A stretch of DNA of 64,000 nucleotides from Hyaloraphidium curvatum SAG 235-1 (taxonomy: Eukaryota; Fungi; Monoblepharomycota), in assembly GCA_025558095.1 (NCBI GenBank), contig JAIVFI010000035.1:1-64000 (forward strand). The letters run 5' to 3'. Of the stretch, positions 1 through 10,634 are shown piece after piece. Position 1 is the first letter of the stretch, and every line of letters starts with the position of its first letter. Position numbers and translations under genes: made by a program. The notes under the pieces were generated by a model. That model had not been told where the DNA came from. It did no database searches and saw nothing but the letters and a program-made list of their open reading frames with translations.

Positions 1-1185
1 CTCCCCGTACCCCGCGCCGCAGCCGGTCGACTACCAGTCGCACCTCAATGCCGGGACGCCCGGCGTGGTCTCCCCCAGCGCGAGCCCGCTGGTGGGCGGG
101 AGCTGTGAGTTGCCGAGGGGCAGTCGGGTCCCGCGCACGGGCGGGGCAGGAGGCTACACGGAACCAGGGACGCTTGGCGGGAGCTGATAAAATGCGGGAA
201 TGGCGGACGATGGGCTGGGCCGGCGCGCGGGGCGGCGTGGAGGCACCGCCGACGGGACCCCGCTGACGGACCTCCGCCCCCCTCCCCCTCGCCCAATACC
301 CGCCATCGCGCCCAAACTTCCCTCTCCGCCACACCGCATGGAACCCCTTTCCAGCCTACTCCTCCGCCGTGGACATCAAGATGCCCGCCGACGCGTCCAA
401 GAACGAGAAGCAGGCGCGGCTGATCTGGAAGATCGTCGACACCGTCGTCGCGCTGCTGCTCATCATCACCGTGATCCTGCTCTGGGTGTACTACCCCAGG
501 TGCGTTGCCCGGCGGCCGGGAGGGAGGGGGGCCCGGTGCGGGCCGGGTTTCGGTCGGCGTTCGGGTCCGGGGGATCGCATGCCCGTCCCCGCGCCCCCTT
601 CCTCCTCACCATCCCCAACCGCCCATCTTCTGACACTTCCCCGTCCCGTGAAACGCAGCTGGCAGACGGTCGTCACCGGCCTCTTCGTCATGGCCCTCGG
701 CATACTCCTCGCCGTGTGCAACTTCAAGGTCATGCCCATCGCCAAGAAGTTCGCCCTGTTCCTGTTCACCCCTCTCGGGAGGGGTCTCTGTGGGTACTCC
801 CTGCGGTGGAGGGGCGGGGGGACGGCGGGGGGACGGCGGGCGGATGTGTGGGGCACGCCGCGCGCGGCCGACATTGGGGCCGGATGAGACGCTCGCCTGC
901 TGACCCCGGCCTGCCCCGCCATGGCCCTCCCCCCATGCCCTCCGATATGTCTCTGACCGCCCGTTGTGCCAGCCTACTTCTTCATCGGCTCCTTCGTCGT
1001 CGTCGCCAACTGGTGGTGGGTCATCCTCGTCGGCATCATCGTCATGGGCGTCGGCATCGTCTACATCATCACCGCGTTCGTCAAGATCCCCTGTATGTGT
1101 GCCGCCTGTTGTGCCGCCGGGTTTCGCTGATCGCGTCCGGACGGCAGACCTCGAGACGACCCACCTCGACGACGAGGCGGCGTGA
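1..1185 (+). CDS. Small multi-pass membrane protein, TVP15/COPI-associated-like (spliced, probably 5'-partial)
   Basis: Joined exons give four hydrophobic segments (IVDTVVALLLIITVILLWVYYP; TVVTGLFVMALGILLAVCNF; FALFLFTPLGRGL.YFFIG; WWWVILVGIIVMGVGIVYII) and end ...DDEAA* at 1185. F-x(4)-GRG-x-x-Y-F-F-x-G resembles the TVP15 family. The 5' exon structure is uncertain. Confidence 0.6.
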
Positions 1186-1603
1186 TCGCGCCCGCCGACG
1201 TGGTTGCGCGTTCCGGCACGGGGCCGGGTGGTTATCTATAGAGTCTGTGTCCAGCAAGGCGCTTTCGTCCCCCCGACACCGGCGGTCCGCGGCTGCCGGC
1301 TCCCGCGGACGATCGGCCGCTGTCCCCAGCCTGGGCCTTGCAGGGCCCGTGCCGCTCGTCAGGGCTCCGCTGCCCTTTGCCAGGCATACTTTTGCCAAGC
1401 ATACTTGGCCGATCACGGAACCGGGATCGCCGAACTTCAAGGAGGCGTCGACCTCGAACCACGGACGCGCCGATCGCCGGCTCGAGGCGCCGTACGGAGG
1501 CGGGCCGGGGGTCGGGACGGCCTCGGGGTCCCCTTTTTTTCGGGACGTCGGCCGGCCACCAGCCCCGTCCTCCCAGCGACTCACGATCCCCCAGTCCGAA
1601 AAC

Positions 1604-4600
1604 ATGGCCCGCGCCGCGCTCATCGCGGCGCTCTGGGCGCTCGCGGCCGCCCTGCTGGCCGTCTGTGCGCCGGGCACCGACGCGCAGGTGGCGCAGAACA
1701 GCAACGCCGGCACGGCATGGGTGCGCGCGCAGACCTGGTGGGATGCTGCGGACGCGCCCTGGCGTGGAGGGGAGCGCTGACGGCCGCGATCGCAGCTGCG
1801 CCAACTGCTCGTACTCCAACAAGCTCAACTGCTGGTGGGCGGAGGCGTGGCTTCGGCGCGCAGAGCCCGCCGACTGATCCCCGCCCGGCCGACAGCTGCC
1901 CGCGCCGCGAGCCGCTCACGATAACCCGCTACCGCACCGCGACGAGGTCGACCACGACGACGATCACGACCAGCCAGACCGCAAGGAGAGCGAAGCTGCT
2001 GGCGGCGCGCGGGCTGCCCGCCGAGGGCGCCGCCGGATCGGTCGCTGATCTCGAGGCCCGCTCCCAAGACTCCAACATATCCGGCACCCAAGATCTTAGC
2101 GACGTCGCCGACGGGCACTCGCTGGAGGCCCGCGCCGCCCGCCACCTGTGCCCGCCCTGCCCCGCCGGCGTGCGCCTCCGCACATCGGGCAGCAACGCCA
2201 TGCCGTGCTGCCCCGCCCGCCCCACCACCACCCGCACGCGCACGCGCACCCGCACGGTCACCGCCACGCGCACGTACTGCCCGCCGGGCTTCGGCGGGCC
2301 CGGCTGCCCGCGCTGCCCCGCCGGGTCGATCTCGGCCGGCGGGATCGGGGCCACCTGCGCGCGGTGCCCTTCCGGGCTGACCAACGCCGACAGGACGGCC
2401 TGCGTGGCGCAGTGCCGCCCGTCGCGGACGCGCTGCGATGCCGGGATCGTCTGCGGGACCCAGCCCGAGTGCGTTTCTCCGCCGTCGCGGATTTGAACAC
2501 CGAGCTGATTACCCTTGACAGCGGCTGCGGTGGCCAGATCCTGTGCGGCGTCTGCGCCTCGAACCAGGCCTGCAGCCCCGATGGGACCTCGTGCACGAAC
2601 CCGGACGTCAACTGCGTCCCCAAGCCGGCCTGCGACGTCGGGCTCGTCTGCGGCATCCAGTCCGACGGCTGCGGAGGTATCCTGACCTGCGGGAACTGTG
2701 GGCACCGCGACCCAAACCGCGCGCTGCCCGTTGAAGCTAACCCCTCCTCATGATGCAGGCGACAACTCGACCCACCTGTGCAACATCGCCGGCACCGTCT
2801 GCCAGCCCCTCCAACCCCCCGGCTGCATCCCCGAGCCCATCTCCACGACCTGCACCAACGCCGGCCGCGCCTGCGGCACCACCATCAACAACTGCGGCCT
2901 GGGAGTCTCGTGCGGCACCTGCCCCTTCGGCACGAGCTGCTCGTCCTCGGGCCAGTGCGAGAGCGTCTGCGTGCCGGCGACCACCTGCCCCTCGGGCCTC
3001 GTCTGCGGGACCAGCCCCACCGGGTGCGGCGGCTCCCTCATCTGCGGCGTCTGCCCGACGGGCCAGACCTGCGCCGCCGACGGCAAGAGCTGCCTCCGGC
3101 CCGTCGTCCCCTGCGTTCCCAAGCCCGCGTGCACGACCCAGGCGTGCGGCACCGAGGCCGACGGCTGCGGCGGCTTCGTCAACTGCCCCCGGTGCCCGAC
3201 GGGGCAGCAGTGCTCCGCCACGGGGACGTGCCTGACCCCGGACCCGCCGTGCGTGCCGCTGTCGGCCAGCGCGGCGTGCGGGACGCGCGTGTGCGGGACC
3301 GCGGCGGCGGGGTGCGGGACCTACGTGGGGTGCGGGACGTGCCCGAACGGGACGCTGTGCGATACGGGGAGGGGCCGCTGCAACCCGATCCCGCCGCCGC
3401 CGTGCGTGCCGATCACGAAGTGCCCCGCGGGCAGAGTCTGGTGGGTTCGCCGACAATCGGCCGCAACGGCGAGTTGCTCACCCTGGCCCCCTTCCAGCGG
3501 CACGTATCCCGACGGCTGCGGCAAGCTCATCTCGTGCTCCGCCAACCCCGACGGCTCCTGCCCCTCGCCCTACACCTGCGCCCCCGACGGCACGCAGTGC
3601 ATCCCCCCCAAGCCGACCTGCAACCCCTTCCTGACCTGCGCCGAGACCGGCATCCCCGACATCTGCGGCACCGCGTCCGACGGCTGCGGCGGTTCGCTCA
3701 CCTGCCCGCCCTGCCCGGGCGACAAGGTCTGCCAGGCGAACAAGTGCGTGCCCAAGCCCGTCACCTGCCCCGCGCCGTCGCAGCAGCTCGTCGGGAACGC
3801 GTGCGTGTGCGCGCCGGGGTACTACCGGCCCGGCAGCAGCCTGCCTCTGACGTGCGCCGAGTGCGGGGCGGACTTTTACTGCCCCGGCGGCACCAGCACG
3901 GTGGGCGACCGCGAGCCGTGCCCGATCGGCACCGGCACCGCGGTGGGGGTGACCACGGCGACGGCCGCGGCGCAGTGCAGGCCGCAGGTCTGCGACCCGT
4001 GCCCGTCGGTCAACCCCGCGGTGTACTTCACCCGCAACTCGCAGAAGGACATCCTGTTCCAGCCGGCGTGGAACCCCGCCAACCCCGGGCCGGCGCAAGG
4101 CGTGTGCGCGTTCGACATCTCGGACCCGCTGTTCTCGGGGACCAACTCGGACATCAACGACGTCGCCGTGACCAACACGGGTCTGCTGCTGATCGCCGGC
4201 CGCGAGACCAACACCGCCGGCTACCTGCTCGCCGTCGACCCAAAGGCACAGGTCGCCGGCCAGCCCTGCAAGTACACCAAGCTCCTCTCGACGCCGTTCG
4301 TGATCGCCGGGTTCGGCGCGAGCTCCAAGAGCGACATCTTCCTGGGGACGGGGGCGGACCAGGTGTTTGGGTACAAGATCGTCGAGGACCCCGCGACGGG
4401 GGCCGTGTCGGCGACGGTGATCGGGAGCATCACCTCGGGGCTCGGGGGCGGCGCGGGGGACATCACCATGGCGCCCGGCAGGACCGACATTGGTAGGGGG
4501 CGCGGCGCAATGGCACGGGACGGCTGCTGACGACCCATCCCCCCGCTTCCAGCCTACATCGTCGACGACCGGCAGGCCTACTCGGTGGCCCTCGGCGCCG

Positions 4601-4839
4601 ACGGCCTCCCCGTTGCCGGCACAATCACGCAGCTCGCCGACGGCGGCGTCTCGCTCAACGCCCCTGGGGCGTGGTGCACGGCCTCGGCGCCGTTCGCGGG
4701 GGCGGGCGGCGGCCAGGGCGCGTACAGGCTCCCGCTCGTGCCGCCGCCGGGGACGTTCACCAATGCGGGGAGCACGGGGCTGGGGAGCGGGATGAGCGGG
4801 GCGGGGACGGTGCCGGTGTGCAGCCGCGCTCCGGCGTGA
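1604..4839 (+). CDS. Secreted cysteine-rich repeat protein (multi-exon)
   Basis: Signal peptide MARAALIAALWALAAALLAVC; RTRTRT tract; many C-G-x(3)-DGCGG-x-L-x-C-G-x-C repeats; a CPGG...CPIGT module; non-repeat beta-rich C-terminus; short GT-AG introns link ORFs 200..1780, 1204..2496, 2698..4530 and 4585..4839. Confidence 0.75.
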
Positions 4840-5099
4840 TCCGCCGTGCGGATGGGATGGAGACGGGGTTGCCGCTGTACCGTATCATTAGCCAGTAGCG
4901 CAATATTGGCATAGAATCGCACCGAAATGGATCGTCTCTCGAACGAAGTAAGGGTTCGGCAGGCGGTCCGGGCGGCCCGTCGGCTGGAGTGGCGGAGTCA
5001 CGCAAACAAACATCTCCGTGCCTGTCCCGCGCCGCGAATCCGGCTGCTGGCGGGCTCGAACACTCCCTAGCTGCCTATTCAGACGGGCGCCAGGGGAAA

Positions 5100-6241
5100 A
5101 TGGCCCCGCTTGTGGCGCAGCAGCCCCTCGCGGCGGCGGCCGGGGTGCCGCCCCCGACGGGCCCCGACTCGCGCACCGACGGCAAGGTGCACTTCGTCCC
5201 CGTGCGCGAGTGGGGCGGGCGGGAAATTGCCGTCGAGGTCGTCGGCGGGCGGGGCGGGCCGGCGCCGGCCGTGGCATACGCTGCCGGACTGGCCGGCCGG
5301 CACTCTGCGGGCGACACGGAGTTTCGACGCACCGGGGGAGGGGAGGCCCCGTACCGCAGGAAACCCGCCCCGCCGCTGCGCCTGATCGCGTCGCATGGCC
5401 TCCGTGGCCGCCGGTCGGACCTGCTCGCCCTGCTCGCCCTCGTGCTGTCGTGGCACCCCGCCGCGCTCTTCGACGCCCGCGGCCACGGCGACTCGGCTGC
5501 CGGCTGGATCGGCCCCAAGCAGGACGCATTCACGTGGCCGGCCATCGCGGGTGACATTGCCGCCGTGGCGGACTGGGCCGACGCGCAGCCCGGGGTCGCG
5601 CTGCCGGATGCGCGCGGGCCGTCGCCGGGGGGGCCGAGGGGCAACGTGGTGATGGTGGGCAAGAGCATGACGGCGGCGGCCACGCTGCACGCGCTGGTGC
5701 ACCCTAAATCGGCGCAACGGTTCGCGGGCGCGGTGCTGTTCAAGGTGCCCACGACGGGGCCGGGCAGGGAGGACCGCGCCAACCAGCTGCTGGTGGGTTG
5801 CCGACGCGCCGCCTGCCCTCCCCCCCTTGATCTCAACCATCGTCTCTGGTCGCGCAGGCCGAAGCGCCCTCCCAGCCCCCGCCCCTCGACCAGGTCCTCC
5901 GCGGCGTCGCGCGCTCCGACCTCCCCCCCAACTCCTCCCTCCCCCTCGTGCCCCCCGTCCCCCTCCTCATTCTCACCCCGACAAACGACCCGCTCCATCC
6001 CCGGGAGAGCGCCGAGACCGTCTTTGCCGAAGTCCTGCGCGGGAGGAGGGAAGCCGGGTGCAAGGAGGGCGGGGAGGTGGGGACCATGGGTGGGACGGAG
6101 TGGAAGCGCGCGTGCGGGGTCGAGCTGCATGCCGCCGAGTCGGGGGAGGGGATGGAGGGGGTGTTTGCGGGGGTGCTGGATTCCTGGTTGAGGGGGGTCG
6201 TGGAGGCAAGGGCGGGCAGGGGGGAGAGCTGGGCGCGGTGA
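5100..6241 (+). CDS. Alpha/beta hydrolase fold protein
   Basis: SHGL oxyanion motif, FDARGHGDS, nucleophile elbow VMVGKSMT, C-terminal TNDPLHP; one intron about 5793-5857. Confidence 0.75.
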
Positions 6242-6410
6242 GCGGCGGGACGGTGCCGCCGTCACGGATCCGCCGTTTTGTCGTCGAAAGCCCGCATGGG
6301 AAGGGCATGTGCAACATGTAATGTAGCCGAGCCATGTACAGAGGAAACTACCGCCGTGTGGATCTTGTCTCGACCTTGCCTTGCCTGCTCCGCGGATCCT
6401 CTACCGCGCC

Positions 6411-7658
6411 TCACCACCGGGCGTTGGCGATCATGTCGATCAGCTGCATCGGCGGGTCCCCGCCGCGAAGCAAGTAGTCCCCCACCGCGAGGTCCAAGCG
6501 CCCCATCGCGTCGAGGATGGATTCGTACACCCCTTGCAGCGAACCGTCAGCCCGACCGCAACTCTGGCAAGTACGGACGGGCCGCCAGGCTCCCGCACCC
6601 CTACATCTGCGCGAACGGGTAGTCCATCTGCGGTTATGGAGTGGTGCTGAACGTCTTAAACCCGTACCTTCGACGGGCTCCTCGGTCAGCAGATCCGGAT
6701 CCGCGACGTAGAAGAGGAGCCGCGCGATGTCCAGTCCGGCGTGTAACACTGCGCGTCGTTCACCCTCAACGGCGTGCCGAGGCCGATGGGACACCGGTCG
6801 CGGTCGTAGGCTGGCGCGTCCGTGCCCCCGCGGCAGGCTGGCCCGTACTCCTTGCAGACCGCGTCTTGGGTCGCCTCTGGGCGGAGGTGGCCGCGAGCGC
6901 GCAGACGCAAATCGCAACGGCGGCGACCTGCCCCGCGGCTCCCTACCACCCGTGCAGCCGGGGCCGCCGCAACAGGGCGCCAATTACGTGCGCGTTGCGA
7001 TGACGGTGCGCGTGCGGGTGCGGGTGCGCGTCACCGTCGGGCGGGACGCGCAGCACGGCATGTCGGGCTTCCTCGGGTCGGGGTTGGGGTTGGTGCGGAG
7101 GTGCGCGCCCGGGGGGCACGGGGGGCACAGGCTGCGTGCGGCGCGTGCCTGCAGCATGTGACCCGGTGGGGCATCTCGGGAGTCGGCGTCATCGGGCTCT
7201 TGGGACCGGCGCAGTGCAGCTTCAACGCGGTCGTCGGCGGGCAGTTCCCGCGGCGCCACGCGCTTCCCGCTCCGTGCGGTCTGGCTGGTCCTTGCTGATG
7301 CCGTGATCGACCGCGTCGCCGTGCGGAACCGCGTGACGGTGAGCGGCTCGCGCCGCGGGCAGCTGGCGGGAGGGCGGCAGTCAGTCCGGGCCCGCACTGC
7401 ACTACCCGCATCGCGCCTCGGCCCACCAGCAGTTTAGTTTGTTCGAGTAAGAGCACCCGGCACAGCTGGGATCGCGGCCGTCAGCCCCCGTCCTCCCGGG
7501 AACGCGTCCGCAGCGGCATCCCACCACGTCTGCGCCCGGAACCACGCCACGCCGCCGCTGCCGTTCGCCGCCACCTGCGCCTCGGCGCCCGCGCCGCAGT
7601 GCGCGAGCAGCGAAACCGCGAGCGTCCAGAGGGCCGCGATGCGGGCGGCGCGGGCCAT
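6411..7658 (-). pseudogene. Degenerate inverted paralog of the Cys-rich secreted protein at 1604-4839
   Basis: Near-identical N-terminus (MARAARIAALWTLA...WFRAQTW; CSYSNKLNCW; CPRREPLTVTRFRTATRS). The TAC of ATRTYC has become TAA at 6984-6986. Downstream remnants such as CRGGTDAPAYDRDRCPIGLGT lie in shifted frames. Confidence 0.75.
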
Positions 7659-7954
7659 CTCTCGCAGGTTGCGGGCGGCTCGGGCGGTGAGTGACCCTCT
7701 TCCTCGGAAAAACGGAGGCCCAGAATCGCCGCGGGAGAACGTTCGACTCCACCGTCGGCGTAGGATGCCGTTCAGCCGATGAGATACAGCACGACGCGCG
7801 GAAGGAATCCGCATGTTTTGATGCCCTGGTTCGCTCTGGAGCAGCGCGCCCGGCCCTGCCTCCTGCCGTTACTCCCCTCAGCCCGATCCCCCGAACGCCG
7901 CGCTACCATTGTCGATCCACTTGCTCCCGCTCCTCAGCAGCTCCATCAGCGGCG

Positions 7955-7977
7955 TTAGGGTTAGGTTAGGTTTAGGG
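7955..7977 (+). repeat. Short interstitial telomere-like TTAGG(G) repeat
   Basis: TTAGGGTTAGGTTAGGTTTAGGG in an otherwise GC-rich intergenic region. Confidence 0.55.
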
Positions 7978-8194
7978 CTCGCCCTTGAGGAGGTAGTGCT
8001 TCGCCTCGATCCCGCGCGATCGTCGCCTCGTCGGCCGCCCGCAGGGGCTCGTCAATTTCGATGCCCCCGGATGATTGAGGTGACTCGAACGGAAGAGAGA
8101 GGTGCGGCGGCTCGAGGCCTCAAAATCGACCGAATCACATGTGGATTGGATTGACGTATTGCGTTCGGCTCGAGGCCGCCCGCCGCCCCTCGAA

Positions 8195-9472
8195 CTACCA
8201 CTGGTTCCTCCGCAGCAGCTTCGCCGCGTTCTTCCCGACCCGCACCCCACCCAGCTCGTACTTGTCCGCGTTGATCTCCACGACCCCGATCCACTTGTCG
8301 TCCGCCGGGACGTCCGACAGGCCGTCGAAGTCCAGGACCTCCGTGTCGATCCACTTGAGCGAGGGCGGCTTGACCCCCGCGAAGGCGCTAGACGCGAACC
8401 ACGTGGTGCGGAGGTGCTGGAGCGTCTTCATCCCGCTGAGCACCGTCCAGGCGTCCGCAAAGGGCCGCTTGAAGAGCTCGTCCAGCTCGTGGGCGGACGC
8501 GTTCCCGCATAGAGCCGAGACCAGCCCGGGAGAAAATCCTTCGGTGTCCGCTCCTCCGAGCTCGGCAATCATGTCCAGGCTCCTGGTAACCAGCGCCTGG
8601 ACCGCCGCGCGGAGGCGGGGGTTGATCTTTGCGAAGCCGGAGATCGGATCGGGGCCATCTTCGTCCAGATTCACGATGTCCATCTCGATCTCGTCAAGGA
8701 GGGGGCATCCCTTCTCCAACGCATCCCAGAGGCCCGCACGGAACACAACGGGAGATTCCGCGCGGAACGCAAGCTCGCAGAGCGTGGGGAAGGACACGCG
8801 CAATGCCCCGGGGCGGAGATCGTGCACCGTGACCGCACCTTGGAGGAATGTGACGTCCAGCGAGCGCAATCCCGGTGGGGAAAGGCAGGCAAAAGCGGGA
8901 AACTCCTCGGGATAAGAGATGGAACACTCGAAGTGGCGCAGGCCCGTGTTGAACTCGGCGAGCAGGCCCTTCCGCAGCGCCTCCATGGCCGAAAGCATTC
9001 CGAGGGAAAGATGGCGGACGTGACTCATCCTTTGGACGCCCAAGGGATCCCGAGCGAGTAGCAGGGCCGCGCGAATCTCCCCACGGTGCTCGAGACCAAC
9101 GAGGCGGCAGAGCATGTCTCGGAGCAAAGCGTAGCATGACCTCCTCGTCAACGCGAACGCCAGCATGGTCCCCGGGTCGAGGTAGCCGGCGATCTCGCGG
9201 ACAAGTTCCGCAACGGCAAGCGGGTTCGGCCGCTGGAGCGCGTGTGCAAAGCCACGGACCCTGGCCGCGTTCCCGAGCAGCCGCGGCACTTTCTCCGCGG
9301 AACGGCTGATCTCTTCGACGGCGGCAGAGAAGTCCGGTGGGGGAGGGGCGCCGCCGGCGAACGACGAGCTGGCGGTCTGCAGCGCGCCTTCCGCGACGAG
9401 GAACGCAACCGAAAGCTCCTGCGACGCGCGTTGGAGGCGGACGGACAACGCGGCGAGGTCGGAGGACTGCAT
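8195..9472 (-). CDS. Lineage-specific F-box/LRR-like protein (intronless)
   Basis: Helical N-terminus, F-box-like NPLAVAELVREIAGYLDPGTMLAFALTRR, LxxLxL repeats (LRSLDV, LQHLRT, LKWIDT). Confidence 0.6.
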   Translation of the reverse strand: MQSSDLAALSVRLQRASQELSVAFLVAEGALQTASSSFAGGAPPPPDFSAAVEEISRSAEKVPRLLGNAARVRGFAHALQRPNPLAVAELVREIAGYLDPGTMLAFALTRRSCYALLRDMLCRLVGLEHRGEIRAALLLARDPLGVQRMSHVRHLSLGMLSAMEALRKGLLAEFNTGLRHFECSISYPEEFPAFACLSPPGLRSLDVTFLQGAVTVHDLRPGALRVSFPTLCELAFRAESPVVFRAGLWDALEKGCPLLDEIEMDIVNLDEDGPDPISGFAKINPRLRAAVQALVTRSLDMIAELGGADTEGFSPGLVSALCGNASAHELDELFKRPFADAWTVLSGMKTLQHLRTTWFASSAFAGVKPPSLKWIDTEVLDFDGLSDVPADDKWIGVVEINADKYELGGVRVGKNAAKLLRRNQW

Positions 9473-10024
9473 AGCGACGCGTTGGGGGGAGACAATGGTT
9501 CGCGAGTCCGATGTTGATGGGGCGTTCGGTGGGACTAAAAGGAGATATCTTCTTCCCCGCGCGGAACCAGCTACCACTTGTCCATACCCATCAACGCTGC
9601 TGTCAGCCTAGTCGCTGTATACCCGTTGATTTCGAACCGGTCCGCGCTGACGATGGTCGGCCACGCAATGCCCTCATCCATCCAGTCCATCCACTCTACC
9701 TGCCGCCGTCGTCGCCGCCGCCTCGCGCCAGCCCCGCCTCAAGCACTTTACTCACCGCGCCGCCGCCTTCCTCCTCATGATCCCTCTCGACAAAGGCCCT
9801 TTCGGCGGGCCTACTAACGGTTTTGGCCCTCCTGCGGGGAACCCGCCTCCTCAGGTGAGCTTTTTTCGGTTCTGCGGCGCGGTGTCAAGGCTGGCGCGTG
9901 GTGGCTTCGACGACTGCGGTACGGTACGAGCGTGCACCTCGCCCTTCTGCCTGATGGCATCCAGCGGCGGCGGCGAGGCCGGCTGCCCGTCGTCCCACGT
10001 GCGGGGGGATCGGCACGACTTGCA

Positions 10025-10501
10025 CTAGCACCATGCGAAGTGCCTACTAGGCTCATCCCGGCCGAATTCGACGGTGCGGTCGAAGTCCAGGACCCCGACA
10101 TCGAGCCGCTTCAGCGCGGGAGGCAGCCCGCGAATCAAGGTACGCAACGCGAAGAAAGATGCTTCGAAATGCTCAAGGGACCGAATTCCGCAGATCTCCG
10201 GCCAGGCGTCGTGCAGTTCGAGCTTGAAGCTGAGCTTGGAGGCATCGGGCTGGCTGGTTGCCGAAACCTTCAGGGGAGCAAACCCCACGGGTCCAAGCAC
10301 CGCCGCAAGCCTGGCAACGTGGCGCGGCGCCGCCACGGTGACGACGCGCACGGCGGAGAGCGATGGGTGGTGATGGCTCGCGAAGGCCGCCGCATCGTCG
10401 TGCGGGGACATGCTGCGCAAGTCCAGCTCGATGTCGTCCAAAAGAGGTGATCCATCCGCCAATTTGGCCCAAACTTCACTCCACTTCCTCGCCGTCCTCA
10501 T
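10025..10501 (-). pseudogene. C-terminal fragment of F-box/LRR-like family
   Basis: WAKLADGSPLLDDIELD and DAWPEICGIRSLEHF match WDALEKGCPLLDEIEMD and DAWTVLSGMKTLQHL of 8195-9472; no N-terminal half is present. Confidence 0.55.
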
Positions 10502-10634
10502 CCCCGTCGTCCGAGTCCATCCCCTCGCCGTCCTCCCGGAGAGGTCTCGATGCTGGCGGGTTTGGCGTCGGTCTGTTGCGCGAGTGGCGGAGCGATCAGC
10601 GACTAATGGGACTTCTGCGCCGGCGAGCGGCCAA

